Assembly (NCBI GenBank): GCA_012840355.1
Contig: DULN01000006.1
Location: 5,514-69,513 of the forward strand
DNA: 64,000 nucleotides
Source: Clostridiales bacterium
GTDB lineage: Bacteria > Bacillota > Clostridia > Oscillospirales > CAG-272
Reading direction: 5' to 3'
In this document: positions 17,086-27,179 of the stretch, piece by piece
Position numbering within the stretch: the stretch's first letter is position 1
Layout: the number at the start of each line of letters is the position of its first letter
The notes under the pieces: generated by a model
Told to the model about the DNA's origin: nothing
Database searches by the model: none
Seen by the model: the letters and a program-made list of their open reading frames with translations, nothing else
Position numbers and translations under genes: made by a program

Positions 17086-18945
17086 GTGTTTGTCGAGTGG
17101 CTAAGAAGAAACAGGGTAATCGATTTTATCGAAGCCCCCGAGAGTTTTCACCCATATCCCAAAGCGTCCGAGAGGGACAAATGGGAGAACATTCCCGAGG
17201 AAGTGGCAAGCGCTTGTGTGCGGCAGGCGGAAAAATATTTAGGATTTGAGTGGCCTTCGCTTCCCGCGACCAGCTTTATGGCTTATATGAGGACAGGCGA
17301 CAGAAGGGTATACGAAGACCGCCATTTCCCAAGGCGTAGGGCTTTGGCGGCATTGGTGCTCGGCGAATGCGTGGAAGGTAAGGGCAGGTTTATAGACGAC
17401 ATTATAAACGGCATCTGGTGCATTTGCGAGGAGTCATTCTGGGGGGTGTCCGCCCATAACGGCGTGCGGGCAAACGAGCCGCTCCCCGACGTCGAGGACA
17501 GATACATAGACCTTTTCGCCGCCGAAACGGGCGGGCTTTTGGCTTGGACGAAATACCTTTTGGCCGACGAGCTTGACAAGGTTACTCACCTGGTGTCAAG
17601 AAGGATAGATATTGAGCTTGAGGAGCGCATTAAAAAGCCGTTTTTGTGCCGCGAGGACTTCTGGTGGATGGGAACCGTAAACAGGGCGGTCAACAACTGG
17701 ACCCCGTGGATCGTCGCAAACGTAATGAGCGTTTTCCTTTTATGCGAGCCCGACAGCGTCCGTCGAGCCAAAGCTATTGAAAAAATGTTCAGGTGCCTTG
17801 ACTGCTTTGTAAACTCATACCACGACGACGGTGGCTGCGACGAAGGCACCTCATATTGGAATGTCGCGGGCGGTGCGCTGTTCGATTGCCTCGACCAGCT
17901 TTATAAAGCATCGAGCGGCAAAATCGATTTCTTCCAGAACGAGCTGGTCCGCCAGATCGGTCGCTATATTTACCGCTGCCATATCGCGGACAAATACTTT
18001 ATAAACTTTGCGGATGGCGGCGCGAGGATCGATATTGCAAAAGACATGATTTATCGCTATGGCAAGCGTATCGGCGACCCGGCTATGGTGGCGCTTGCCG
18101 TCGGAGTTCCGACAAATGCCGATTTCAGGTCTGAAGCGCTCAGGCGAGCGCTGCCGGCTATATTCAACTACGCGGAGCTGGCAAGCCAAAAATCGGAGCC
18201 TCCATATGTCCGGGACGTGTGGATGGACGGCATACAGGTTATGGTCGCACGCGAGAAAGCCGGCTCTGCAGAAGGGCTATACCTCGCGGCAAAAGGAGGG
18301 CACAACGCCGAAAGCCACAACCACAACGACGTCGGATCCTGCATTGTGTTCGTCGACGGGCTACCGGGCATAATAGACGTCGGGGTCGAGACCTATACAA
18401 AGAAGACCTTCAGCTCACAAAGGTATGAAATTTGGACAATGCAGTCCCAGTACCATAACTTGCCGACTATAAACGGAAAAATGCAAAGCCCAGGCGGGCA
18501 ATACCGCGCTACTAATGTCAAATATGATATGAGCGATGACGAGGCGGTTTTCTCGTTGGATATAAATAACGCATACCCGAAAGACGCGAATGTAAAGCTA
18601 TATAGCCGCACATACAGAATGCACCGTAAGGAAAGCGAAAAAGGGTATATTGAGATTACCGACAGCTTCGTGCTTGAAACCGGCGAGGGCACGATATGCT
18701 GGAACTTCATGGTGTGGAAGAAGCCCGAGGTTATAGAGAGCGGGCTGATTAAAATAAAGATAAACGAAGAAACCGCATTCTATATGCAGTTTAGCGAAGA
18801 AAACGTAAAGGTCGACATCGAGCATTGCGACACAAGCGACGCACGGCTCAGGTCCGCATGGGGTGCGGATGGCGTGTATAGGATTGTAATGACTAAAACG
18901 GTTCCAAAGGAAGGGTGTTTCAGCGTCAAGGCATATAAAGCTTAA
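17086..18945 (+). CDS. heparinase II/III-family protein
   Basis: ORF 16963-18945. GTG 17086 lies 8 nt after AAAGGAG. GGHNAESHNHNDVGSCIVFVDG motif is typical of the heparinase II/III C-terminal domain. No signal peptide. Confidence 0.75.
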   Translation: MFVEWLRRNRVIDFIEAPESFHPYPKASERDKWENIPEEVASACVRQAEKYLGFEWPSLPATSFMAYMRTGDRRVYEDRHFPRRRALAALVLGECVEGKGRFIDDIINGIWCICEESFWGVSAHNGVRANEPLPDVEDRYIDLFAAETGGLLAWTKYLLADELDKVTHLVSRRIDIELEERIKKPFLCREDFWWMGTVNRAVNNWTPWIVANVMSVFLLCEPDSVRRAKAIEKMFRCLDCFVNSYHDDGGCDEGTSYWNVAGGALFDCLDQLYKASSGKIDFFQNELVRQIGRYIYRCHIADKYFINFADGGARIDIAKDMIYRYGKRIGDPAMVALAVGVPTNADFRSEALRRALPAIFNYAELASQKSEPPYVRDVWMDGIQVMVAREKAGSAEGLYLAAKGGHNAESHNHNDVGSCIVFVDGLPGIIDVGVETYTKKTFSSQRYEIWTMQSQYHNLPTINGKMQSPGGQYRATNVKYDMSDDEAVFSLDINNAYPKDANVKLYSRTYRMHRKESEKGYIEITDSFVLETGEGTICWNFMVWKKPEVIESGLIKIKINEETAFYMQFSEENVKVDIEHCDTSDARLRSAWGADGVYRIVMTKTVPKEGCFSVKAYKA

Positions 18946-18954
18946 AGACTTTAC

Positions 18955-18986
18955 GGGGCAAGGTTATCGCCTTGCCCCTATTTTTT
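18955..18986 (+). terminator. intrinsic terminator
   Basis: GGGGCAAGG (18955-18963) / CCTTGCCCC (18970-18978) followed by a T6 run. Confidence 0.7.
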
Positions 18987-19196
18987 AACCGTGCTTGTTA
19001 CAAACCTGACGGCTGGCGCGCCATATTATGGAGCCGCAAGGTGCGGAAGCGCATTTTCAGCTTGAATAAAATATCGAAAATAACACTAATTATTAGTTGT
19101 GCAAAATATTGACAGTGGGAATCCTCTGTAATATAATGAAATTGAACAAAAGCCGTTGCGGGTTAACGCTCGGCAAAATGCTAGGGAGGCAAGTTT

Positions 19197-20681
19197 ATGG
19201 GCAAGAAAACTATAGCCTTTTTGCTTGCGCTTATACTTTTGGTTGTTTTCGTTTTCTCGTCTTGCGCAGGGGACAATAAGACCAGCCAGACGGCAGACAC
19301 GACCGCCGTACAGGACACCACGGAAGCTGAGGAAGAGGAAAGATACATATATCCACAGCTTGATTTGGGCGGCGAAGACTTCACTCTCCTCGGCACAACG
19401 ACGACATGGGGCTTTTATGAGTATCTTGACCGCGATACAATGACCGGCGAAGTCCTCGACGATGCTATTTATAATCGGAACCGCTTTATTGAGAAAACTT
19501 TCAACCTTAAAATCGCTGTCGCCGAAGAGATAATAGATAACGTGTATAGTAAAATTAACACCGTTATCAAGGCGGGAGAAGACGCGTACGACGCGATATT
19601 CTGCCCGGGCTGGACGGGTGACACGACATATCTCGGCTCATATGCTGCTCAGCATATGTTTTATGATTTGTCAAAGATTTCCGAAATCAACTTTGACGGC
19701 AACTGGTGGAACCAAAAGCTACGCACCGAAGGGGCTTTAGGCAAAGACGGCGCGTTGTTTTTTGCAGCGTGCGATATAAATATATTCACCCTTCAGGGTA
19801 CATGGTGCCTCTTCTTTAATGAAAAATTGTTTGAGGACCTAAACCTTGAGCGGCCTTATAAACTTGTAAAAGACGGGACATGGACGTTTGACAAGTTCGC
19901 GGAGCTTGTCAAAGCCGGAGCAAACCTCAACGGCGACGACAGCTTCTCGTGGAACGCTAACGGGAAATGCATTTACGGCTATACTTCGTTCAATGCAGGT
20001 ACTCTAACGTTGCTGCTCGGCTCGGGCGAGCGGTTTGTCAGCAAGGACGACCAAGGCTATCCGGTGCTTGCGATTGAAACCCAGCGCTTCTATGACGTTT
20101 GCACGAAAGTAGCCGACCTGCTCTCCACGCAAGGGTATTATCTGAACGCTAACGAGTCGGTCGACAGCCTGTTCCATTATGAAAACATCTTTATGAACGG
20201 CAGGGCGCTTTTCACCTGCGCCGAGCTGAAAGCCGCCTCGCGCCTGAGGACGATGGAAGACCCGTACGGCATAGTGCCGGCGCCAAAATTTGAGGAGGCC
20301 CAGAAAGAATACTACTCGGCAAAAACCAGGCAGGCGTTCCTATTGGTTATCCCGGTGACAAACCCCGACCCCAATACCACCGGCGCGGTAATGGACGCGA
20401 TGGCGTATGTAAGCTACAGGGACGTCACGCCGATATTCTATGACGTGACGCTCTCGCAGAAGGGGCTGCGCAACGAGGAATCAATAGAGATGCTGAAGTT
20501 AATCCGCGACACGCAGTATTTTGACGCCGGCATCATCTACGGATGGACATCGGCGCTCAACGGCGCGATCATATCCGCGGTGGACGGCGGCAACAGCAGT
20601 GTGGCTTCGATTATTGAAAGGTACAAAAAACAGATTGACTCGAGCATTCAGAAAACCATGGACGCGTTTTACGGGGAGTAA
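19197..20681 (+). CDS. solute-binding lipoprotein paralogue 5
   Basis: SD GGGAGG. Lipobox FSSC. Motifs LDDAIYNRN, DGTWTFD, MEDPYGIVPAPKF...YYS. Confidence 0.8.
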   Translation: MGKKTIAFLLALILLVVFVFSSCAGDNKTSQTADTTAVQDTTEAEEEERYIYPQLDLGGEDFTLLGTTTTWGFYEYLDRDTMTGEVLDDAIYNRNRFIEKTFNLKIAVAEEIIDNVYSKINTVIKAGEDAYDAIFCPGWTGDTTYLGSYAAQHMFYDLSKISEINFDGNWWNQKLRTEGALGKDGALFFAACDINIFTLQGTWCLFFNEKLFEDLNLERPYKLVKDGTWTFDKFAELVKAGANLNGDDSFSWNANGKCIYGYTSFNAGTLTLLLGSGERFVSKDDQGYPVLAIETQRFYDVCTKVADLLSTQGYYLNANESVDSLFHYENIFMNGRALFTCAELKAASRLRTMEDPYGIVPAPKFEEAQKEYYSAKTRQAFLLVIPVTNPDPNTTGAVMDAMAYVSYRDVTPIFYDVTLSQKGLRNEESIEMLKLIRDTQYFDAGIIYGWTSALNGAIISAVDGGNSSVASIIERYKKQIDSSIQKTMDAFYGE

Positions 20682-20695
20682 AACATAGCCAAAAT

Positions 20696-20737
20696 AGGGC
20701 TTTTCGAGTTCTGATCATCTCGTAAAGCCCTTTTTTG
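20696..20737 (+). terminator. intrinsic terminator
   Basis: AGGGCTTTTCGAG ... CTCGTAAAGCCCT hairpin followed by a T6 run. Confidence 0.65.
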
Positions 20738-21256
20738 TTTGCCTTAACAAAGCAATAATTTAATGAAAAAAATAACTATAAACTTGCGCAATTTTATTAA
20801 TTAATAATTGTCTGTTAAAAACACAATGTGTGCCGAATTAAATCAATTTTTGACTTCGTATTAATTCTTATTTTGAATATTTATACAATTTTTCTTTCAC
20901 TATGTATTCAATATATTTTCCTTCGGAAAAAGATATATCCTTTTGAATCCATATAAATGAGTAGGAAAAAGGGTAAATATGCTATTTCCACGGAAATTAG
21001 CCTTGCAGGCGGAAAAATTTAGACTTTCACTTACAAAAAGCAGGGCGTATGGCCGCAAAAGAAGCAATTTATGTAAAATGCTGCAAGATCCTCTAATAAA
21101 GATAATTTAACCATGAAAATTGGTTATTAAAAACCTAAAATATTTTTTTATTTCGTATTGCATTTTACTTAAAAATATATTAAAATGCATATTTGTACTA
21201 GCTAAGGTTGCACTTTGTTTTAGTAAATTAATATAGTAATGCGTTGGAGGGTTTTC

Positions 21257-22183
21257 GTGGACACAAAACTTGCTAAATATATACTAAAGCGTTTGATTCT
21301 TGCGATTGTTACTATTTTTTTAATTATAACGATTACGTTCTTCTCGATGCACGCCATACCCGGCGGGCCATTTTTGAGCGAAAAATCGCCAAGCGCCGAA
21401 GTTACGGCTGCGCTCGAGGCTAAATACGGGCTTGACAAACCGCTCGGCGAGCAATTCGTCGAGTACCTCAAGGGAGTTATGAGATTTGATTTTGGCCCTT
21501 CCATAAAGCAAAGGGGGCGCATGGTGTCCGACATCATCAAGGAAGGGTTTAAAGTCAGCATGAAAATCGGCGCGGTTGCTGCTGCTATTGCCATTACTAT
21601 TGGGTTGGTGTTCGGCTCCCTAGCCGCCGTTTTCCATAACAAATTTCTGGACAAGCTTATAATGGTTTTATCGACAGCCTTTGTCGCGATGCCATCGTTC
21701 ATCGTGGCAACGTTTATGCTTTTGGTATTTTGCGTGGAGCTAAACCTATTGCCCGCGAACGGCGATACTGTCGGTGGGCTTGTACTCCCAGTCATAGCAT
21801 TGAGCCTTTACCCAATGTCGTATATAACAAGGCTCACGCGTTCGAGCATGCTCGACGTGCTTGGGCAGGACTATATACGCACAGCGCGTGCTAAAGGCCT
21901 AAAGCCCTCAAAGATTATTTTCAAGCATGCCTTAAGGAACGCAGTGACGCCGGTTATCACCTATTCCGGCCCGATGCTAGCTTATATACTTACCGGCAGC
22001 CTTGTTGTAGAGAAAATATTCGCGGTGCCCGGGCTTGGCAAATATTTCGTTTCGAGCATCACAAACCGCGACTACACCTTGATTATGGGCACCACAATCT
22101 TCCTTGCCACGCTTATAGTGATCCTCATGCTGGTATCCGACATCCTTTATAAAATATTCGATCCCCGTGTGGATTTGTCGTAA
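21257..22183 (+). CDS. Opp/Dpp-type peptide ABC transporter permease (OppB-like)
   Basis: ORF 21239-22183. GTG 21257 after GGAGGG. N-terminal KYILKRLILAIVTIF...FFSMHAIPGGPF and multiple TM segments typical of OppB/DppB. Confidence 0.85.
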   Translation: MDTKLAKYILKRLILAIVTIFLIITITFFSMHAIPGGPFLSEKSPSAEVTAALEAKYGLDKPLGEQFVEYLKGVMRFDFGPSIKQRGRMVSDIIKEGFKVSMKIGAVAAAIAITIGLVFGSLAAVFHNKFLDKLIMVLSTAFVAMPSFIVATFMLLVFCVELNLLPANGDTVGGLVLPVIALSLYPMSYITRLTRSSMLDVLGQDYIRTARAKGLKPSKIIFKHALRNAVTPVITYSGPMLAYILTGSLVVEKIFAVPGLGKYFVSSITNRDYTLIMGTTIFLATLIVILMLVSDILYKIFDPRVDLS

Positions 22184-22198
22184 TGTGGAGGCTTACCG

Positions 22199-23293
22199 AT
22201 GCCAAAAAACTCAACTCATGACATAGACACCATGCCGAAAAAGAATCCGCTTAGCTTTCAGATAGATTTAAAAGATTTCGATCTTGCCACAAGCGAAGAG
22301 AAGGCGCTGCAGGACCGGATGCGCGAAAGCACCACCTTCTTAAAGGACGGTCTTAAAAGGCTGTGGCGTAACAAAATAGCGATGGCTTGCTTCTTTATAA
22401 TTGTTGCAATCGTTTTGTTAGTGACTATAGTCCCGATATTTTATCCCTATTCATACGACCAGCAGCTTGGTATAACCCCCGGGCAGCCTATTGATTCATC
22501 TTATAACAACCTCAAGCCCTTTGAGTTCGGCGAAACCGAAAAGCAGCGCATCGCGCAAGGCGAGAAAATATTCCCTCACATTTTCGGCACCGACAACCAC
22601 GGGCGGGATTACTTCATCAGGATAATTTACGGAACCCGGATTTCGCTAATGGTCGGCTTTTTCGCCAGCATAATCGTTTTGATAATAGGCGTCGTTTACG
22701 GATCCGTAGCCGGATACCTCGGCGGAAAAGTAGACCTTCTGTTGATGCGTATCGTCGACATTATTTACTCGCTGCCCGATATGTTAATGATAATCCTGCT
22801 TTCGGTCGTCCTTAAAATAGCGTTTGGAAACGTCATAGACAACTCGCCGCTTTCAAAGCTAGGCAGCGGGATGATAAGCATATTTATAGTTTTTGCCTTG
22901 CTTTACTGGGTGGGCATGGCGCGGCTTATTAGGGGACAGATTTTGTCGATTAAACAGCAGGAGTTTGTGCTTGCCGCGAAATCCATCGGCGCAAGCTCAT
23001 ACCGGATTATAACAAAACACCTGCTTCCAAACTGCATTAGCGTTATAATTATTTCGACCGCGCTTCAAATCCCGTCCGCGATATTCACAGAGAGCTTCCT
23101 TAGCTTCTTAGGCCTCGGCGTGTCCATCCCGATGCCCAGTCTCGGATCGCTGGCTTCGGAGGCTCTGGCAAGCGTGTACAGCTATCCGCACAGGCTAATA
23201 ATCCCGGCTGTGGTCATCTGCCTAATAGTCCTTTCGCTCAACCTGCTTGGCGACGGGCTTCGCGACGCATTTGACCCGAAGCTGAAAAAATAA
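22199..23293 (+). CDS. Opp/Dpp-type peptide ABC transporter permease (OppC-like)
   Basis: SD TGGAGG. Long hydrophilic N-terminus, then TM bundle. HIFGTDNHGRDYF motif typical of OppC/DppC. Confidence 0.85.
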   Translation: MPKNSTHDIDTMPKKNPLSFQIDLKDFDLATSEEKALQDRMRESTTFLKDGLKRLWRNKIAMACFFIIVAIVLLVTIVPIFYPYSYDQQLGITPGQPIDSSYNNLKPFEFGETEKQRIAQGEKIFPHIFGTDNHGRDYFIRIIYGTRISLMVGFFASIIVLIIGVVYGSVAGYLGGKVDLLLMRIVDIIYSLPDMLMIILLSVVLKIAFGNVIDNSPLSKLGSGMISIFIVFALLYWVGMARLIRGQILSIKQQEFVLAAKSIGASSYRIITKHLLPNCISVIIISTALQIPSAIFTESFLSFLGLGVSIPMPSLGSLASEALASVYSYPHRLIIPAVVICLIVLSLNLLGDGLRDAFDPKLKK

Positions 23294-23322
23294 ATCAGTT
23301 GCTATGTTGATATGAGGAAAAA

Positions 23323-24339
23323 ATGAAATTGCTGACAGTTGAAAATTTGCATACATCCTTTTTCACCCCTTCCGGCGAGGTAAAGGCGGTAAACGGCGTC
23401 AGCTTTGAGCTGGAAGAGGGAAAGGTTTTGGGTATCGTGGGAGAGTCCGGCTCGGGAAAGAGCGTGACCGCATACTCAATACTTCAGATACTCACTCCTC
23501 CCGGCCGCATCGTGAGCGGCAGCATTAAGTTCAGAGGGCAGGAGCTGGTTGGGGCTGGCGAAGAGGTGATGCAAAAGATACGGGGTAATAAAATAAGCAT
23601 CATATTCCAGGACCCCATGACAAGCCTTAACCCGGTCTTCACAATCGGGAATCAGCTAATGGAAACGCTCCTGCTTCATACCGACCTTGAAAAAAAACAG
23701 GCTTACGAAAGAGCGATTGAGCTCTTGACGCTTGTCGGTGTAAACGAGCCTGAAAAGCGTATACGCCAATACCCGCACGAGTTTTCGGGCGGCATGCGCC
23801 AAAGAGTCATGATTGCGATGGCTTTGGCTTGCAATCCCGACATACTTATAGCCGACGAGCCGACGACGGCGCTCGACGTCACAATCCAGGCGCAGATACT
23901 CGACCTGATGAAGGAGCTGCAGAAAAAGCTTGGCATGGCGATAATACTCATCACGCATGACCTAGGCGTGGTCGCGGAAATGTGCGACGAGGTTATCGTT
24001 ATGTACGCGGGTAGTATCTGCGAGAGAGGCTCGGTTGACGACATTTTCTATAATCCGAAACACGAGTACACGAAAGGGTTGCTCAGGTCGCTTCCGTCTG
24101 TTGAAAAGAGAGAGCGACTGCGCCCGATCGGAGGCTCTCCGGTTGACCTTTTGAATATGCCCGACGGCTGCCCGTTCGCACCGCGATGCGACGCAGCAAT
24201 GAAGGTGTGCCTAAGGCACATGCCGAAAGAAATCGCCGTCGGCGACGGGCATTATTCGCGCTGCTGGAAGAACATAAAGGACAAGCTGGCCGACGGCTCT
24301 ATTACACTGGAGCGTTTGAAGGAGCTCTGCGAGAAATGA
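23323..24339 (+). CDS. Opp/Dpp-type ABC transporter ATP-binding protein (OppD-like)
   Basis: Walker A GESGSGKS, signature FSGGMRQR, Walker [13 protein letters not shown], and a C-terminal oligopeptide-transporter extension with Cys pairs. Confidence 0.9.
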   Translation: MKLLTVENLHTSFFTPSGEVKAVNGVSFELEEGKVLGIVGESGSGKSVTAYSILQILTPPGRIVSGSIKFRGQELVGAGEEVMQKIRGNKISIIFQDPMTSLNPVFTIGNQLMETLLLHTDLEKKQAYERAIELLTLVGVNEPEKRIRQYPHEFSGGMRQRVMIAMALACNPDILIADEPTTALDVTIQAQILDLMKELQKKLGMAIILITHDLGVVAEMCDEVIVMYAGSICERGSVDDIFYNPKHEYTKGLLRSLPSVEKRERLRPIGGSPVDLLNMPDGCPFAPRCDAAMKVCLRHMPKEIAVGDGHYSRCWKNIKDKLADGSITLERLKELCEK

Positions 24340-25310
24340 ATAATGGCGAGTGTAAAAACCTGCTTGAAGTTAAAAACCTAAAGCAGTATTTCAGTATACC
24401 TAACGGCCTTTTCGAATCGCTGACACTCAAGGCGGTTGACGACGTTTCATTTGTCATAAAAGAAGGGGAAACGTTGGGCCTTGTCGGCGAGTCAGGTTGC
24501 GGCAAGACGACTGTCGGGCGCAGCATTTTGCATCTATATAAACCGACATCAGGGAAAATTATATTCGACGGGGTAAAAATCGAGAGCAAAAAAACAATTA
24601 AAGAATATAGAAAAAAGGCCCAGATGGTCTTTCAGGACCCATATTCTTCGCTAGACCCGCGAATGACAGTAGGCGACATAATCGGCGAACCTCTAGACGT
24701 GCACAAGCTCTATAGCACAAAGAAAGAGCGCAGCGAACGGATTTTGGAACTGATGTCCCTTGTCGGGCTTAACAGCGAGCACGCAACACGTTATGCGCAT
24801 GAGTTCTCGGGTGGCCAGAGGCAGCGCATTGGCATTGCCCGGGCCTTGGCGGTAAACCCGAAGTTTATAGTCTGCGACGAGCCTGTATCGGCGCTCGACG
24901 TCTCGATTCAGGCGCAGATTATAAACATGTTCGAGGATCTGCAAAAGAAGCTGGGCCTTACCTACCTGTTTATCGCGCATAACCTTTTGGTGGTTAAGCA
25001 CATCTCAAACAGGATTGCCGTCATGTACCTCGGCAAGATTGTAGAAATTGCACCATCGGAGGAGCTGTATAATAAGCCGCTGCACCCCTACTCGATATCT
25101 CTGCTTTCCGCCGTGCCGGTTCCCGACCCGAATCATTCTCGGAATAAGAATCGCGTGACGCTAGCCGGCGATATACCAAGCCCGCTGCGTGTTCCGAGCG
25201 GCTGCGCATTCCGCACCAGATGCCCGCGCGCTACAAAGGAATGCGCCGAGATAGTGCCGCCCCTTGAGGAAAAATCCCCCGGGCATTTCGCAGCCTGCAT
25301 CCATGTTTGA
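24336..25310 (+). CDS. Opp/Dpp-type ABC transporter ATP-binding protein (OppF-like)
   Basis: ORF 24186-25310. ATG 24336 overlaps the OppD stop (ATGA). Walker A GESGCGKT, signature FSGGQRQR, Walker B FIVCDEPVSALD. Confidence 0.9.
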   Translation: MNNGECKNLLEVKNLKQYFSIPNGLFESLTLKAVDDVSFVIKEGETLGLVGESGCGKTTVGRSILHLYKPTSGKIIFDGVKIESKKTIKEYRKKAQMVFQDPYSSLDPRMTVGDIIGEPLDVHKLYSTKKERSERILELMSLVGLNSEHATRYAHEFSGGQRQRIGIARALAVNPKFIVCDEPVSALDVSIQAQIINMFEDLQKKLGLTYLFIAHNLLVVKHISNRIAVMYLGKIVEIAPSEELYNKPLHPYSISLLSAVPVPDPNHSRNKNRVTLAGDIPSPLRVPSGCAFRTRCPRATKECAEIVPPLEEKSPGHFAACIHV

Positions 25311-25362
25311 GCAAGTCAAAAAGTGCCAATAATTTAAAATTATATATAGGAGGAAAACACCT

Positions 25363-27117
25363 ATGAAAAAGACCCTAAGCTTACTTTTAGTGTTGGTTAT
25401 GGTGCTTGGCACGCTGCTTCTTGCCGGGTGCTCGAAGAAGGCATCCGACTTAGTGGTCTGCCTTGGACCGTATCCCGACACAATCGACCCCGCGCTTAAC
25501 AGTGCGGTGGACGGCGCAAGCTATATTGTCCACGCATTCGCAGGCCTTGTGGGTTGGAAGCAGTCCAACGATGGGGAACAGCTTGAGCTTTACCCTGACT
25601 GTGCAAAAGAGCTTCCGACTCCCACCACCCTGCCCGATGGCAAAGTCCAGTATGTCTTTGAGCTGAAAGACGACCTCAAGTGGAGCGACGGCACCCCGCT
25701 CACGGCTCACGATTTCGTGTATGCTTGGAATAGGGCTGCCGATCCCGCGACCGGTGCCGACTACGGCTATATGTTCGACATCATTGACGGTTATGAGGAT
25801 GTCGTAAACGGCGTTCCGGGCGCGAAGCTTAACGTAACGGCTTCCGAAGACGGCAAATTCCTGACCGTCGTTCTCCCTGTTGACGTTCCTTACTTCTACG
25901 AGATCTGCGCATTCCCGACTTATATGCCTGTAAAGCAATCCGTAGTGGACGGCAACGAGTCTTGGGCGACCAAGGCGGAGACCTATATCGGCAACGGCCC
26001 GTATAAAGTCACTGAGTTCTCCGAAAGCCGCATCGTGATGGAGAAGAACGAGTACTATCACGATAAAGATTTGGTTAAGGTCGACAAGATCATCTTCGCG
26101 TTCAACGAAGACGACCACTCGATTCTTGCTAACTTCAAGAACGGCTCGTATCTGTTTATCGACGGCGTACCGAACGAAGAAATTGATACTCTGAAACAGG
26201 AGTATCCGAACGAGTTCTTCATCAAAGGCCAGCTCGGTACCTATTATATAAGCTTCAACGTAAACGACCCCGTTCTGGATGGCTTCACTCAGGAAGAGAA
26301 GGCTAAGATCAGATGGGCTCTGTCGCTGCTTATCGACAGAAACTACATTGTCAAAGAGATTGGTAAGGCCGGGCAGGTTCCCGCTAACGCATTTGTCGCA
26401 ATGGGTCTGACCGAACCCGACGGCGTTGAGTTTATAAAGAGGAACGGTACGAATCGCGACGGTAAAGGCTATTTCAGCATCGATCCAAACGACTACGCAG
26501 CCAACTGCGAGAGAGCGCTTGAACTGTTCAAAGAGGTCGCAGCTTCTTCGGGTAAGTTCACCGTTGAAGACAATGTATTAAAGGGCTTCCCGACGATTAC
26601 GTATATTACCAACCCCGGAACCGGTCATGAAGCCATTGCGACCAACCTGCAGGGTATCTACTCGCAGTATGGCATTACGATGAAGATTGAGGTCCAGGAG
26701 TGGAGCACATTCCTTAACACCCGCAAGGAAGGCAACTACTCGGTAGCAAGAAACGGTTGGCTTGCCGACTACAACGACCCGATCTCCTTCCTTGACATGT
26801 GGACCACGAACAGCGGTAACAACGACGTTCAGTTTGGCCGCGGCGAGCATGCCACCTTCGCCGGCTACACCTATAAGGGCCAGAGCGGCAAGACTTGGGC
26901 GGAGTCCTATGACAAGCTGATTGCAGAAATCAAGGCGACGAAGGATCCCGCTACCCGCTTCGACCTTATGCATCAGGCTGAGGACATCCTCATGGAGACC
27001 GGCGCTATCTGCCCGATCTACTACTACACCGACATCTATATGTCGAGTAAGAACCTCAAAGGTTATCTTGTAAGCCCGCTTGGCTACAAGATCTTCACCA
27101 CCGCTTATGTTGGATAA
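25363..27117 (+). CDS. peptide-binding lipoprotein (SBP family 5, OppA-like)
   Basis: SD AGGAGG. Signal peptide ...LLLAGC. 584 aa, of the size and composition of OppA/DppA-type binding proteins. Last gene of the opp-like operon. Confidence 0.85.
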   Translation: MKKTLSLLLVLVMVLGTLLLAGCSKKASDLVVCLGPYPDTIDPALNSAVDGASYIVHAFAGLVGWKQSNDGEQLELYPDCAKELPTPTTLPDGKVQYVFELKDDLKWSDGTPLTAHDFVYAWNRAADPATGADYGYMFDIIDGYEDVVNGVPGAKLNVTASEDGKFLTVVLPVDVPYFYEICAFPTYMPVKQSVVDGNESWATKAETYIGNGPYKVTEFSESRIVMEKNEYYHDKDLVKVDKIIFAFNEDDHSILANFKNGSYLFIDGVPNEEIDTLKQEYPNEFFIKGQLGTYYISFNVNDPVLDGFTQEEKAKIRWALSLLIDRNYIVKEIGKAGQVPANAFVAMGLTEPDGVEFIKRNGTNRDGKGYFSIDPNDYAANCERALELFKEVAASSGKFTVEDNVLKGFPTITYITNPGTGHEAIATNLQGIYSQYGITMKIEVQEWSTFLNTRKEGNYSVARNGWLADYNDPISFLDMWTTNSGNNDVQFGRGEHATFAGYTYKGQSGKTWAESYDKLIAEIKATKDPATRFDLMHQAEDILMETGAICPIYYYTDIYMSSKNLKGYLVSPLGYKIFTTAYVG

Positions 27118-27130
27118 TCGATAAAAAATA

Positions 27131-27169
27131 ACTGCGCCTTGCCGTGAAAGCGGTAAGGCGCAGTTTTTT
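27131..27169. terminator. bidirectional intrinsic terminator
   Basis: ACTGCGCCTTGCCG ... CGGTAAGGCGCAGT hairpin followed by a T6 run. It lies between convergent genes. Confidence 0.7.
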
Positions 27170-27179
27170 GTATTTATGC

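Noticed and set aside
20911-20938. CodY-box-like palindrome upstream of the peptide transporter operon
   Set aside because: The arms TTTTCC/GGAAAA are separated by 3 nt, and the overall pattern does not fit the 15-bp AATTTTCWGAAAATT consensus. It is kept only as an unassigned inverted repeat.
24186-24335. Upstream extension of the OppF-like ORF (Arg-rich [21 protein letters not shown]...) and similar N-terminal extensions at 13935-13991, 16963-17085, 40428-40523, 47037-47054 and 44914-44973
   Set aside because: The extensions overlap the preceding gene or lack SD sites. Internal starts with good SD spacing give canonical N-termini (signal peptide, Walker-A context, ATGA overlap).
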